Below are positions 35,189-47,500 of a stretch of 64,000 nt of DNA, piece by piece. Under the pieces are notes generated by a model that saw only the letters and a program-made list of their open reading frames with translations, was not told the origin of the DNA and searched no databases. The stretch comes from Paragordius varius. Lineage: Eukaryota > Animalia > Nematomorpha. Both the position numbers and the translations under genes were made by a program. Position 1 is the first letter of the stretch. Every line of letters begins with the position of its first letter. The DNA is taken from NCBI GenBank assembly GCA_964247055.1, contig OZ176051.1:9858001-9922000 (forward strand). The letters run 5' to 3'.

Positions 35189-38100
35189 ATGAAACAGGTT
35201 CAGGTAAAACAAATACAAAACACCCTTGATAATTATAAAAAGATATTGGAAACGTCACAAGGATATAAAATTTTATTAAAAGTATTACCTATTATATAGT
35301 TTAGGATGATGTATTTTTAAACTATTTGGTATTGCTATTGGATAATTTTGATGAAAGCATTGTAAATGAATCACTCCAAATTTTAATAAATATTTCTAAG
35401 ACACAATATGGATATAAATTGAAACGGTTATCCAATTTAGCAAAAGTTTTGATATATTTAGATAGCAAGTTTTATTTTGTTTAATCAAAGATATACATCA
35501 ATTATCTTAAAAGACAAATTAAAAACTCTTCAAACGCACTTAAATTCCATAGAGTATATCTTAATTAACATTCAGGGTGGAAGATTCAAGCATTATCAAA
35601 CAGATTGATGGCGTATCTAAGATGTTTGAATTTTTCATAGAAGGTTTATCCCAAGTAAAAAAAATTATAATTAAAGGAAACCATAAAATTATGCCAAAAC
35701 TGCCTGATAAAAATTAAAGGAATTTTAAGCTTTACGTTTAATTCATCCAAATCAACCTGTATTATTCGCACAACCAAACTCTTTGACCCGCATGTATAAT
35801 TTATAAAATAATGTTATTTTATATAACAATTAAAAATTATACATTATTGCTATTATCTAAGTAAATTTTTAATTGAGATTTTTGGTATAATTAAACAGTT
35901 TCAAAGAATCTGGAGTGTGACACTAACATCATATATTGTTTTGATTTATTATTATTTTAGTGTTCTGTATTTTTGGCAGACTGCATTGATAAGCGGTAAT
36001 ATCAAGTCTTAAATCTTTTTAACAAAGGTTACAGTAACTAATTTTGATATTTATGCATTAATATATTCACAGGTTTCATGTTAAAATTGAAAATAATAAC
36101 ATTAAAATTAAAGTTAAATTATTTTGTTAAATTTATTAAGGACGACATCTTCCCCTTATCAACAACTTAAAAATTATTTTATTAAAAAACTTGGCCACAG
36201 AATTATTTAGAGCTTAAAGCTCTTTGTTTCCGGACTATATAGCCAACCCTAAAAATGATATTGCAAAGAAAATATATCAAAAAATTATCAATAGTAAAAA
36301 TATTTTAAACTGCTTAAAAAATTTTTTAATATGATTTAGCTTACGGTTCTCAAACTCTTGCACAATATACAATAAATATAGAAATCTCAATTAATTACAT
36401 GTTTTTAAAAATATCAACGGTTATTTTGCAAAATAAATCGCAAACTATTGGCCAAAAACTTTAAAAATACTACCGTTTAAAAGATTGGTAACTTTTTAAA
36501 ATCAAACCCTAATCGCATTTTAGATCTAAAATATATATTTTTTAGTATAATAATGTTAATATAAGGATGTAACTAAGAATATTGGATGTTCAATCGCTTG
36601 TTTTCTAGCGCTCTATGATTGCATTAATTATACTTTACAGTCATGTATATGTAGAATTGACAGATATTCGTTTTTAAATGATTATAATTTGTTTTTAATT
36701 GTTTTAATGTTTGATATGTCAACTTTCAACATGCGCATTTTTAAGCATTAAAATAATAATAGCTTATTTATTGTAAACAATTAAAAACAAAGTAAAATCA
36801 ATTAAAAACGTATATCTGACAATTCTAAACATACATGACTGTAATAAAATAAAAACGTTTTTAAAATACATATTTCTGAAAATGTAAAATTGTAAAATGT
36901 TTCGTAACTATTCAATATCCCTATTAAAATTGGAAATAAAATTATGAGTTTTCGAACCGGTTCCGTTTTTAGGATATTTTTACCACCATATACAAGCCGC
37001 TTAAAATAAAAACCTGAATACATTAAACATTATTATATCCATATAATAAATGTTTCGTATAAAACCCAAATCCTTTTGTATTTTACATGAGTCATAAAAT
37101 AATTTAACTTTACGAAAAAATAGTTCTAAAATGGATATTTAGAATGATTTTCGTTATATGGGCCATTACTACAAAAAACACGAAAAATTTTTATTTTATA
37201 CTGCCAAAATGTTGATGTTATATAAAAATATTGATCTAACACAAAAATTGTTTACGATATTTTGGATGGTCTTACATTTAATGTGACTTAATAATTCTTT
37301 GTAATTTTTATGTCAATAAATTTTTTTTAATATTAGTTGATAATTAAAGCCCTAAAACAAATCAATATTTCAGCCAACCTGCTTGTTTTGAATGAACACG
37401 GTGAAAAGGTATTTTTTTAAACTTTAAAAAAGCATTTTTTCGATTTTGCATGGATATCTTCATATTTTTTAAAATTACAGAGGGTTTAAATTTTATTTTA
37501 GCGTTTGTTATACTTCTAAAAATTTATAAAGTAATTTATATATTTTAAATATGCGTTTTGCTTAAAAGTTTTTTAAAATAGTGCTTTTTGTATACCAAAT
37601 TTATACATATTAACTCTTAAACAATGCTCCAAAAGATATAGTTTTATATTGTATATAATATGCATTTCAAAAACTTAACCTCCGGTGATAAATTAATTAG
37701 CGTCCTAAAAATGACGTGATATTGCTATGATGATTACATTTTTTAAATTTTGAGATCGTACCTTTTTTCTTATGTTTTCATTTATTCTTCTAATACTTAT
37801 TAAATTTGGAAAAGGCAATTGAAAAAGAAGTATTAATTAATTATACTTATTTGTTATATTTTTAATTAATGTTTTATCATGAAAAATTTAATTACCACAT
37901 TTTTAAAAATTACTATTATTATTACAAAAATTTTGTAGAAAACAATTATTGCCAAAGAGAAATTAAGTAATATTACTTTATACTAATCCTACAAATTCCT
38001 ACCACAACATAAATGACAGATAAAAAAGATTATTTGGTGAAGTTTTGAATTTTCATAAAAATATACGTCAAATATAAAATAAATGAAATTCATTTTATGA

Positions 38101-38341
38101 TATTTATTAATTATTTAATCAATAGGTCCCATTAACTATAGATGATGATTACATAATAAACGACGATGTAGTACAACCAGATAAAGACGGTCACCCTACA
38201 ACATCTCCTGACACAATTGATAATTCTCAAACGGTCTGTAAAACAAATGAGGCAAATCAATCTCAAGGTTTATTTGGTAACAAAGCTTCTGGATGGTTTA
38301 AAAGCGCTAAAACCTTCATAAATGAATCGTTTTATTGGTAA
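35189..38341 (+). CDS. ARMC1: Armadillo repeat-containing protein 1
   Basis: The frame stays open across introns 35282-35304, 35469-35490, 35554-35575 and 35655-35676. Contains IDG...CQNCLIKIKGILSFTF...CIIR. Last exon 38126-38341 ends WFKSAKTFINESFYW, matching the ARMC1 W....FL..SFYW terminus. Exons between about 35794 and 37939 are not fully resolved. Confidence 0.85.
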
Positions 38342-39250
38342 AGAAGAATATAACCTATGGCATTTAATTTGATATAACGCAGGAAAATTAACTCAAATAA
38401 ATAACTTTTTTATATGTTTGTAAACATGGTTGCCCAGTATTTATTTCTTAAAAGGTGATTAAGTTAAAAAAGTTATAGTCCTAAAAACTAATTGATTTGT
38501 CCCGGAACCTTAAATGATAAACAGTAAAAATTGATAATATACTGACAAATCGTAAAAATAATATTTTTTTCTAAAAGACAACCATACACTAATTATTAAA
38601 ACTCTTTGTTTTACCATGCAATGAGATATGTAAATTGGTAATACAATCAATTATATATTTTACGACCGTATTTAAATTATTTTTAAAGGATAAATTAAGA
38701 TATAAAAGGTATGGGCTGTCTTTTGAAAAAAAATTGTCTTTATATTTTTACCTTTGTCCGTTTCAATTTTACTGTACGTTTTTAGAATTTTTTTAATTTT
38801 CTACATTATTCTTGTGACTCCACTATGTATGTAATTATAGTTTCATATTTATCAATATCTAATGTCAGGCCACAAAAGTTTATTTTAGAAGCTTTATCAA
38901 TGATAGAAAAGACTGAAATAAAAATTTAAAATATAAATAATTGGTTAGTAGGAAGCATATGAAAATATTAATTCTACAACCAATAAATATATTTATAATT
39001 AAATAAGAAGCTAGTTTCCCGGCTTTTTACAACATAGATAATTCATATTGGCCCAAAGGAATTTATACGAACAGAAAAGGGCAACCAATTCACTTATGAT
39101 TAAACCATTAAATATAACATCAATACATAATAAAAATGGGCAAATCTTATAACGAGATTCTTTGAAAACGTCTTCTTATTTATGGATTAAAACCTTAACG
39201 GTTTTTGCAAAAATAGTATATCACTCTCGATGTGTGTTTATTGTTTTAAT

Positions 39251-39747
39251 CAGGGGTGGCCAAAACGCGGCCCCCGAATGGAATCAATAATTTGCAAAAT
39301 ATTCTGACAAAACTTGGTAAAATTGATATTCCTTAGACAATTTTTTCTAAATAAGTTGATCGATATAGCGAGAATGGGAAAAATTGTTGCTTCCTGATTT
39401 CTTTTTAAAGTGTTATGTTTGAAATCTCAGAAATTATTTATGAATGCCCATATATATTTCGACCCGTCGTAATTTTGAGGTAAAAATGCGGCTTACAAAG
39501 CCATTTGTTAATATTGTCAACGAGAACGAATATTTTATGTTAAGATAATAATTTGTATTCTCGTAAAATTTATTAAATTCAAATTATATCCAAAATTTTC
39601 GATACATGAGAGTATCTTTTTCAATGGATTAACTAAAACAAAGGAAAATAATAATAAGATTAATTTAAACAAAATTTTTGGATATAGTTTGAATTTAATA
39701 AATTTTACGAGAATACAAATTAAAGCCATTTGTGTTGGACTACCCTG
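39251..39747. mobile_element. hAT MITE related to the 16648 element
   Basis: Left end CAGGGGTGGCCAA, right end TTGGACTACCCTG. TSD GTTTTAAT / GTTTTAAC (7 of 8). Confidence 0.8.
39551..39720. mobile_element. Small foldback element nested in the hAT MITE
   Basis: About 49-bp near-perfect inverted arms ATTTGTATTCTCGTAAAATTTATTAAATTCAAA.TATATCCAAAA, flanked by TA. Confidence 0.7.
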
Positions 39748-40131
39748 GTTTTAACCATGAAAAAGCAATAATTCCCATGTCTAAAAGGACAATTTTTGTT
39801 AATATAGGTAAAAAAAATTTTTAATATGCTCTAATAAGATGCCAAAACAAAGAGTGATCATTAAAAGGAAAGTAATGTGCTCACACCACTATGTCAATAA
39901 ATATATTTATTTGTTATAGAAATTGTTTAAGTGGATTGGATAATAGGTTAAAATTATAGATAAGGGTTTTGTATATATGACTGATGTAATGTTTGTGATT
40001 ATATGATTTAAAAAAATTAAAAATTTAATAAAACACCACAAAGGTTATAATAAATGTAAAATTTTATTTTTATTCCATACATATCGTAGTAAATTTAATT
40101 ATTTGTGAGCTAGCAATCGTAAAGGGCTCAT

Positions 40132-43100
40132 TTACCATTCATCCCATGAGCTTGTTTGTTTTGAATTATTTTTATTACCCTTATTGGTATGTACAGTACC
40201 AGTATTTTGTTTGGCCGCATTATTTTGAGAATGAAACCCTTGGAAACCACCAAATGAATCCTCATCATCAATTGATATGCTATTTTTATCATAAAAATGA
40301 TTTAGTAATATAATATTTCCACTATACGACCATTTTGGAATTTTTTTAATAAAGACTATTTTTGATTGTTTATTTATTTTATAAATCCTTTTGTAGGAAT
40401 TAATATATTATGACTTGGTATAAAGCATGCCTATTGACGCAAAACACACGCACATAGTTTGTTGTTAATTTAAAACTTATCACAAAATTGTAATTTTAAG
40501 CGGTCCGGTATTTAAAAAGTCTAACAAACATTTAAAAAAAAATTAAGTGTTGACAGAATGAAGTCCGCAATATTTAAATTATTCAACCAGTCCTAATATG
40601 ACAATATTTTATATTTACCTATTATTATCTATTCCACCATACGAGGTGTATTTGGTTGATTTATCCGTCCCTGTAATATTTTTAGCATTATTTACATTAT
40701 GTTTGGCTTTTGTACGATGATCTTTCCTGCTAGGCGACATGTCATGTTTATGTTTAAGGTTTGAATTTGATGAAACAAAACCGCCAAAATCATCATTATC
40801 AGTGTTGATGTCTGAATCATGGCTCAAATTAACATTGGGTATAAATGCATTTTTGTGATGCTTGCTAAATTTTACCAATATTTAAATTGAAAAGGGGTGA
40901 TATTGTTACTAAAATGATCGGATATGATCAATTAAGAAATGTAAAAGATCCAGAGACCTTAAAAAATGACTAGTTAAACTATAACATTAACCCTTCAAAT
41001 TCACCCTTGACAATTCAAATTCACCCTAAAATTATGTTTTTAAGATTAAAAATACCCTGTATTTTTCTATATTTTTAAAAAATAAAATTTTGTTTAAAAT
41101 TAAAATAGAACTGAAAAAATAATAATGCCATAAAGATATACTATTATTAATGAACAGGTTAAGCCCAAAAACATATAATTTATTATTAGAATAATTTGGA
41201 ATTGTTCGAGGGTGAATTTGAATTGTTTAAGGGTGAGGACGTGATTGAAAATATATTTAAACTGTTTAAAAATGTATAAAAATAATGGGTCAATTCTCTT
41301 AAACAATTTTCGTAAATTATTTTAAGTCAAATATTATTTGCACTTTTAGTTTAAATTCCATGATTATAACTGTAAATCGTTAAACATTTTTTAACAGCAA
41401 TCTAGTCGGTTATCATTGTCGATATCGATCAAAAATGCAAGGTAGTGTCATAAAATTAATAATATTACCTTGAATAGTCATCGTTTGGAAAATTTCCTTC
41501 ATCAATATTTCCATAGAGAGTACCTTGGTGTGAATTAGGGCTATTTATTATACCACCAAAACTATCAGGATTCAAATTGAGGTCACGATACTTTGAAGCA
41601 AGGAAAGTGGAAGCATCGTTTATACCAATTTTTGCAATATTTGTGGCCTAAAATAATATATATATGTTAAGTATTTTTGTTATGAAAAAAATTATTTTTG
41701 CTATAGCTATAAAATAAATTATTATGGCTTGTAAATAATTTATACATATTTACCTATTTTAAATTAATAAAAAAAACGGCACATATCCGTTTTTTAATAC
41801 TAATATTTTAAATGTCTCATGGGTTTAGTAAAGCCGCAATGTATTTTGGCATATGTAAGAATTGTGGTTTTAAAATTCCATAACGTTTCGACATTGTTTT
41901 GTTCCGGTAAATGTAAATCTGTGTTTTGAGTATATTCGGATAATAATTTTGGATGCTTTAATTTTGCTATATTTATTTTTTGAGGTTGAAATACAGTCTT
42001 ACGGATTTTCTCAATAATTAGAAATGCTGTTGTTATCTTGTGTTGGTAAGAGGATTAATAGTAAGTTTTGATGTTTGTTAGATGTTACCTAATGTTTTTC
42101 GGATAGCAGAATTATATGTTTTATGCTGGTCGGTCATTTTCTTAAAATGGGTATTTGCAACTATAAGTTGACTTGCATTACAAAAGTCTAGCAAACGCTC
42201 ACCCATCTTATCGAGAGTTCCAACGCCATTTCCGCCATGGTATTCATTACTATCATTACTAATATGACAATTTCAACCTCAAAAAATAAATATAGCAAAG
42301 TTAAAGGATTCAAAATTATTAACCGATTATACCAAAAACACAGAGTTACATATACCCGAACGTAACAATGTTGAAACTCTATGGGAAAATTTTAAAAGCA
42401 CAATTCTAACAGCTGCCAAAAAACATTGTGGCTTTACTAAACCAATGAGGCAACGGAAAAGCTGGTGGTGGAATCATGAAATAAAACCATTGTTGCGTGA
42501 AAAAGGCGAAGCATATAAAAAATGGAAAAGTTCCAAAAATAATGATGATAAAAAACGAGAGGTCCGAAAGGCCATTCGACACGCTATGAATGAAAAATCC
42601 GTTAAAATCGCTGAAAGTTTAGAAAAAGATTTTAAAAACCAAACGATTTTAAAAAGACTCAATAACCTTAACAATAATAATAAAGATGTTAAAACCAAAA
42701 ATGTATTAAAAATGATAATGATAATATAATTACGAATCCCTGAGTCAAAGATATTTGGAAAAAGAACTCAGAAAAACAACTCAACCAAGTACCGACCAAA
42801 CAATTTAGCACGGTTTCACCAGTAGCTGGTCCCATACAAGAAATCACTATAGATGAAGTCACAACTCCAATCAATAAATTAAAAAGCAACAAAGCTCCAG
42901 GCCCAAGCAGCCTTTCAGTCGACCTCATTCGACCCATCAGAAACACTGCAGAGTAACTGACAAAACTCTTAAACCAAATAATAATTACAAACCAAACTCC
43001 CAGCGATTGGAAGAACAGCATAATAATCCCCATTTATAAAAATAAAGGCGATCCACTAAAAACATCGTCCTACAGACCTCTGAAACTTCTGAAACATACA

Positions 43101-44521
43101 CTTAAATTATTCAAAATTATATTAGAAAACAGGCTGAGAAAACATATAAACATAAATTCGAATCAGTCATTCCGTCCAAACAGTAGCACAATCGATCCCT
43201 TGTTTGTGCTAAGACGCTTACACGAAAAATATCTGGAAAAGAAACAAAAGCTATATCATGTCTTTGTAGATCTGGAACGTGCGTTTGATCAAATACCACG
43301 CTCCACAATTCAATGGGCACTGCGTAAAAATGGAATAGAAGAATATACTATACAAATCTTATTACTGCTCTATAAAAATACAACAACCAACATTAGAACC
43401 AATATCGGCAATACAAGCCATTTCCCAACCAACGCTGGACTACATCAGGGTTCAGTCCTAAATCCACTCCTTTTTATTACTATAATGGATGCGGCAACGC
43501 AAGACATAAGAACTGAAAGCCCTTGGGAAATGTTATTCGCCGACGACCTCGTGATAACGACACGATCATGAGATCAACTGGTAAATAACTATACCAAGTG
43601 GAAAAAATGCCTAGAACAACATGGAATGATTATAAACCCAACAAAAACAAAAATAATGATAACGGGTGAAAGTGAAACATTTATACCCCTGCTCCATTTG
43701 CAGTAAGGAAGTACGTTTAAATTCCATTAAATGCATATCGCAAATGTGGGTACACAAAAACTGCTCTAAAATAAAAGGCAAGTTAACAAATGAAATAAAA
43801 ATGTTTAAATTGTTTAGACCCAAGTAATAATAATTTTAATCGACCAAAGCAACTTAACATTGATGGACATAACATCGAATTGGTAGACTCTTTTGTTTAC
43901 TTAGGAGATATCATCATATCTCAGGGAATATAAAAGGCTTCAAAAGAAGAATACAACAAGGTTGGATAAAATATAATCAGTTAAAATATGTTTTCCAAAA
44001 CAAAAATGTTAACAATCATAATAAATGGTTTCTTTACAAGGCAGGAATAACACCAGCTCTTACCTATGGTTCTGAACCTGGGCATTAAACAAAACTAATC
44101 AAACAAAACTCCTAACTAGTGAGAGCCGAATACTCGAAAGCTGCTTTCGTACACCAGAAATACCAACTTTCGTTAAAAAAAACCGATAAAATCGATTATA
44201 TCATCCAAACTAATAGATTGCTTCTCTACGGTCATACTCAGAGAAGAGACGCCACCCATCCTTTAAAAACTGTAGAAAACGTTAATGTTGATGGCAATAG
44301 AACAAAGGGACGACCACTCTTTTCTTATAATGATAATATAAAAATGAACTTGAATCAACGTAGCCTTTCCACAGAACAATGTAAAGATCGTAATTCGGGA
44401 ATTACTTCGTGGACACAAAACTCCGAATATGGAGTCCTAATATTATCCATCCATCCATTTTAAATGTAAGACAAAAGAATATTTTGAAAATAAAAGTATT
44501 TACAGTGAAAAGGTTATTGGG

Positions 44522-44567
<46 letters not shown>

Positions 44568-47500
44568 AACTTAAATTAGGCCAAGATATACCTTAGATGT
44601 TAAATCAACCAATTTTGAGGTGTGCGTAGATAGGACCTGGTTCAATTTTTCCTTATTTCCAATGTATTCATTGAGATTGGTGCTCAATTCAAAGGCTTTT
44701 TGTCCAGTTTGGGAGCCAATCTTGACGACTTTGTCGGATGAATAAGCCAAAATTTTGCCAGCATTACTGCTAAAGGCTGACCATCCCTAATGTAATAATT
44801 AATGATCAATTAACTTTCAAGTATAAATTAGAATCACGTAAAAGAATTTATTTGAAACGTGAATCATAAACACTATTTCAGTAATTAGATTGCAAGTTAA
44901 AATTGTCAAAAGTATACTCTTTTGAATTGATATTTTTATTAATTTTAAATATTCGTATCGTCTTTGTGTAATGGCTAGCCATTGTATCCGTATAGAAGTT
45001 GTCTGTAATATTTGCGATCCTGCCAGGCGTTATCATCAATGTTGGCAACACTTAAATCATTATTTATTGTTTTTTCCCAGTTGAATGTTGGTCTGCCCCT
45101 GCGATTGTTACCTTCGGGATGTAGGGATAAAATTTTATTTGTCCATTGTTCTGGAGCACGTTTGATGTGTCCGAAATATCTGAGCCTATTTTTTCTGAGC
45201 ATGACATTTAAAGGTTCAATTTGGTAGAGTTGATGTAAATTTGAATTTGACTTATTGGGTTGGAATAAATTTAGTATCCGTTTTTCTAAGTTCATTAGTT
45301 TTTTCTCGATTGAATCTGTCATCGGCCACGTTTCGCAACCATACAGGAGTATGGGACGTATGCCGGCTTTGTAAATCAAACCTTTGTTTTTTGCTGATAT
45401 GTGTTTATTTTTGAGGACAAATTTAAGTTGATGATATTTTACCCAAGTCTGTTGGGATCTATATTTAACTGATTGGTTTATTCCACCTAGGCAATGTATG
45501 ACATCACCCAAGTATTTGAAATTATTCACCAATTCGATTTTAATGTCTGCCATATAAACGTAATTTAGGGAAGTGGATGAGTGATTTATTGTTTTATTTT
45601 TACATGATTCACATATAAATTTGTCATTATTGATTAGTTTCCCTTTTATAAGCGAGCACTTTTTGTGTACCCACTTATTGCATGATGTACATAGGATTGA
45701 ATTGAGTTTAACATCTAAATCACATACTCCACATGGAAACTTAGGTCGTTCATATACAGTTTCACCCGTTATCATTACCTTTGTTTTGCTTATATTTATA
45801 TTCATTCCACCCTTTTCTAAGTGTGATTTCCATGTGTTGTACTTTTGATTTAATGCTTCCATTGATGTTGCGGTGAGGACAATGTCGTCCGCATAGATAA
45901 GTTCCCATGGTGGGCCTTGTTTTATATCTTTTGTTAGGTAATCCATTATTAAAATGAAGAGTAGAGGGCTTAGGATGGAGCCTTGATGAAGACCAGATTC
46001 GTTTGGAACAAAAGCTGTGTTACCTAGTGTTAATCTGACGCAGTTTGTTGTTTTGTAGTACATCATTTCTATTGATTTAATTATCCAATCATCTACATTA
46101 TTGGCTCGTAGTGTGGATGTGATCAACTTCCTGGGGATACAATCAAAGGCCCTTTGTAAATCAATAAAAACATGATATAGTTTTTTATTTTTCGCTAAAT
46201 AGTTCTCTTGCAATCTTCTCAAAATGAAGATGGCATCAATTGTGCTACTGTTTGGTTTATAGGCATATTGTGATTCCTGTATACTAACGATTGATATTAG
46301 TTTTGATTCAATAATGGATTCAAAAATTTTTAACGGGTGTTCCAATAACTTAAGTGGTCGGTAGGAGGAGCAAACGAGTATGTCTCTTTTGTTTTTATAA
46401 ATGGGTATGATGGTGCTTTTTGACCAATCATTAGGGATGCGATTTGTTGATAAGATTAGATTGAATATGTTAGTTAAATGTATAATGCATTGTGGTAAAG
46501 CTTTGATCATGTCACAGCTGAGTTCAGATGGACCTGTAGCTTTGTTATTTTTCATCTTGGCCAAGGCATCTCTTACATCGTCTGTTGTTATCAATGGTCG
46601 AGGACCAATTGCTGGTGGTTGGTTTATTGTTTCAAAATCATGTTTTTGTGCAAATTGTTCTTTGTAATACGTTGTCCAGACATTGCTTATGTCACTCCAC
46701 TCAGTTACTAGTTGTTGATCTTTATCTTTAATATAGGAAATTTGTTTAATGTCCTTTTTATTATTGTTAACTGAATTTATTGTTCGAAAAATCTTGAGAT
46801 TTTTCATGTCTTGTTCTAATTTTTTATTTTAAATATATAAGAAAACACAAACATTTACCATACAAATTATCAATTAGGAATAACTCATTGTTGAAAAAAT
46901 ATTAACGATTAATGCTCTAGGTGACATCCTTCGATATATATAAGCTAAAAATTAATATTTTTTTGATTGCTTCCATTTTTATTTTGAGGCCATGTTTTTG
47001 GAAACATGAATGCCATTTGAGATGTGGACTTTTCAATTTGTGTGCTGTTTTTGCAGTTATGATATCGGCGTATAGGATGTTCCATGGTGGAACTGCAATG
47101 TCTCTGCTTATATAATCCATTATTTTTATAAAAAGTAGTGGTCTCAAAGTTGAGCCCTGATGGAGGCCTATATTAATGTTAAAATAATTTGTGTTTACCA
47201 CTGGTATTTTAACGCAGCTTAGTGCGTTTTCATACAGAAGCATTATCAATTTTATTTAATATTCTTCGATTTTTTGGTACCTTAATGCCTTAATTATGAG
47301 GTGTCTAGGTATGGTGTCAAACGCTCTCTCCAGATCAATAAAGATGTGAACAGCTTCTGACCTTTTGGTAGCAGATGATTTAAAATGAAAATGAGCTCTA
47401 AATTGCTTTTACCTTCTTGAAAAGCGAATTGATTTTTATTAATTGTTATTTTTTAATTCTATTTTTAATCACTGTTTCAAGCATGTTCCACCATGGAACT

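Noticed and set aside
36802-37023. 73-aa antisense ORF in the ARMC1 intron as a nested gene
   Set aside because: No homology recognised, and such ORFs arise by chance in AT-rich DNA. It remains possible but unsupported.
38013-38341. Stand-alone 79-aa orphan gene ending in FYW
   Set aside because: The SFYW terminus and LVP junction match the C-terminus of ARMC1, whose upstream exons start at 35189.
44975-46807. RT as a retron, DGR, group II intron or telomerase-type enzyme
   Set aside because: Its motifs, TSD and decayed paralogs with an APE-type endonuclease remnant identify it as a non-LTR retrotransposon.
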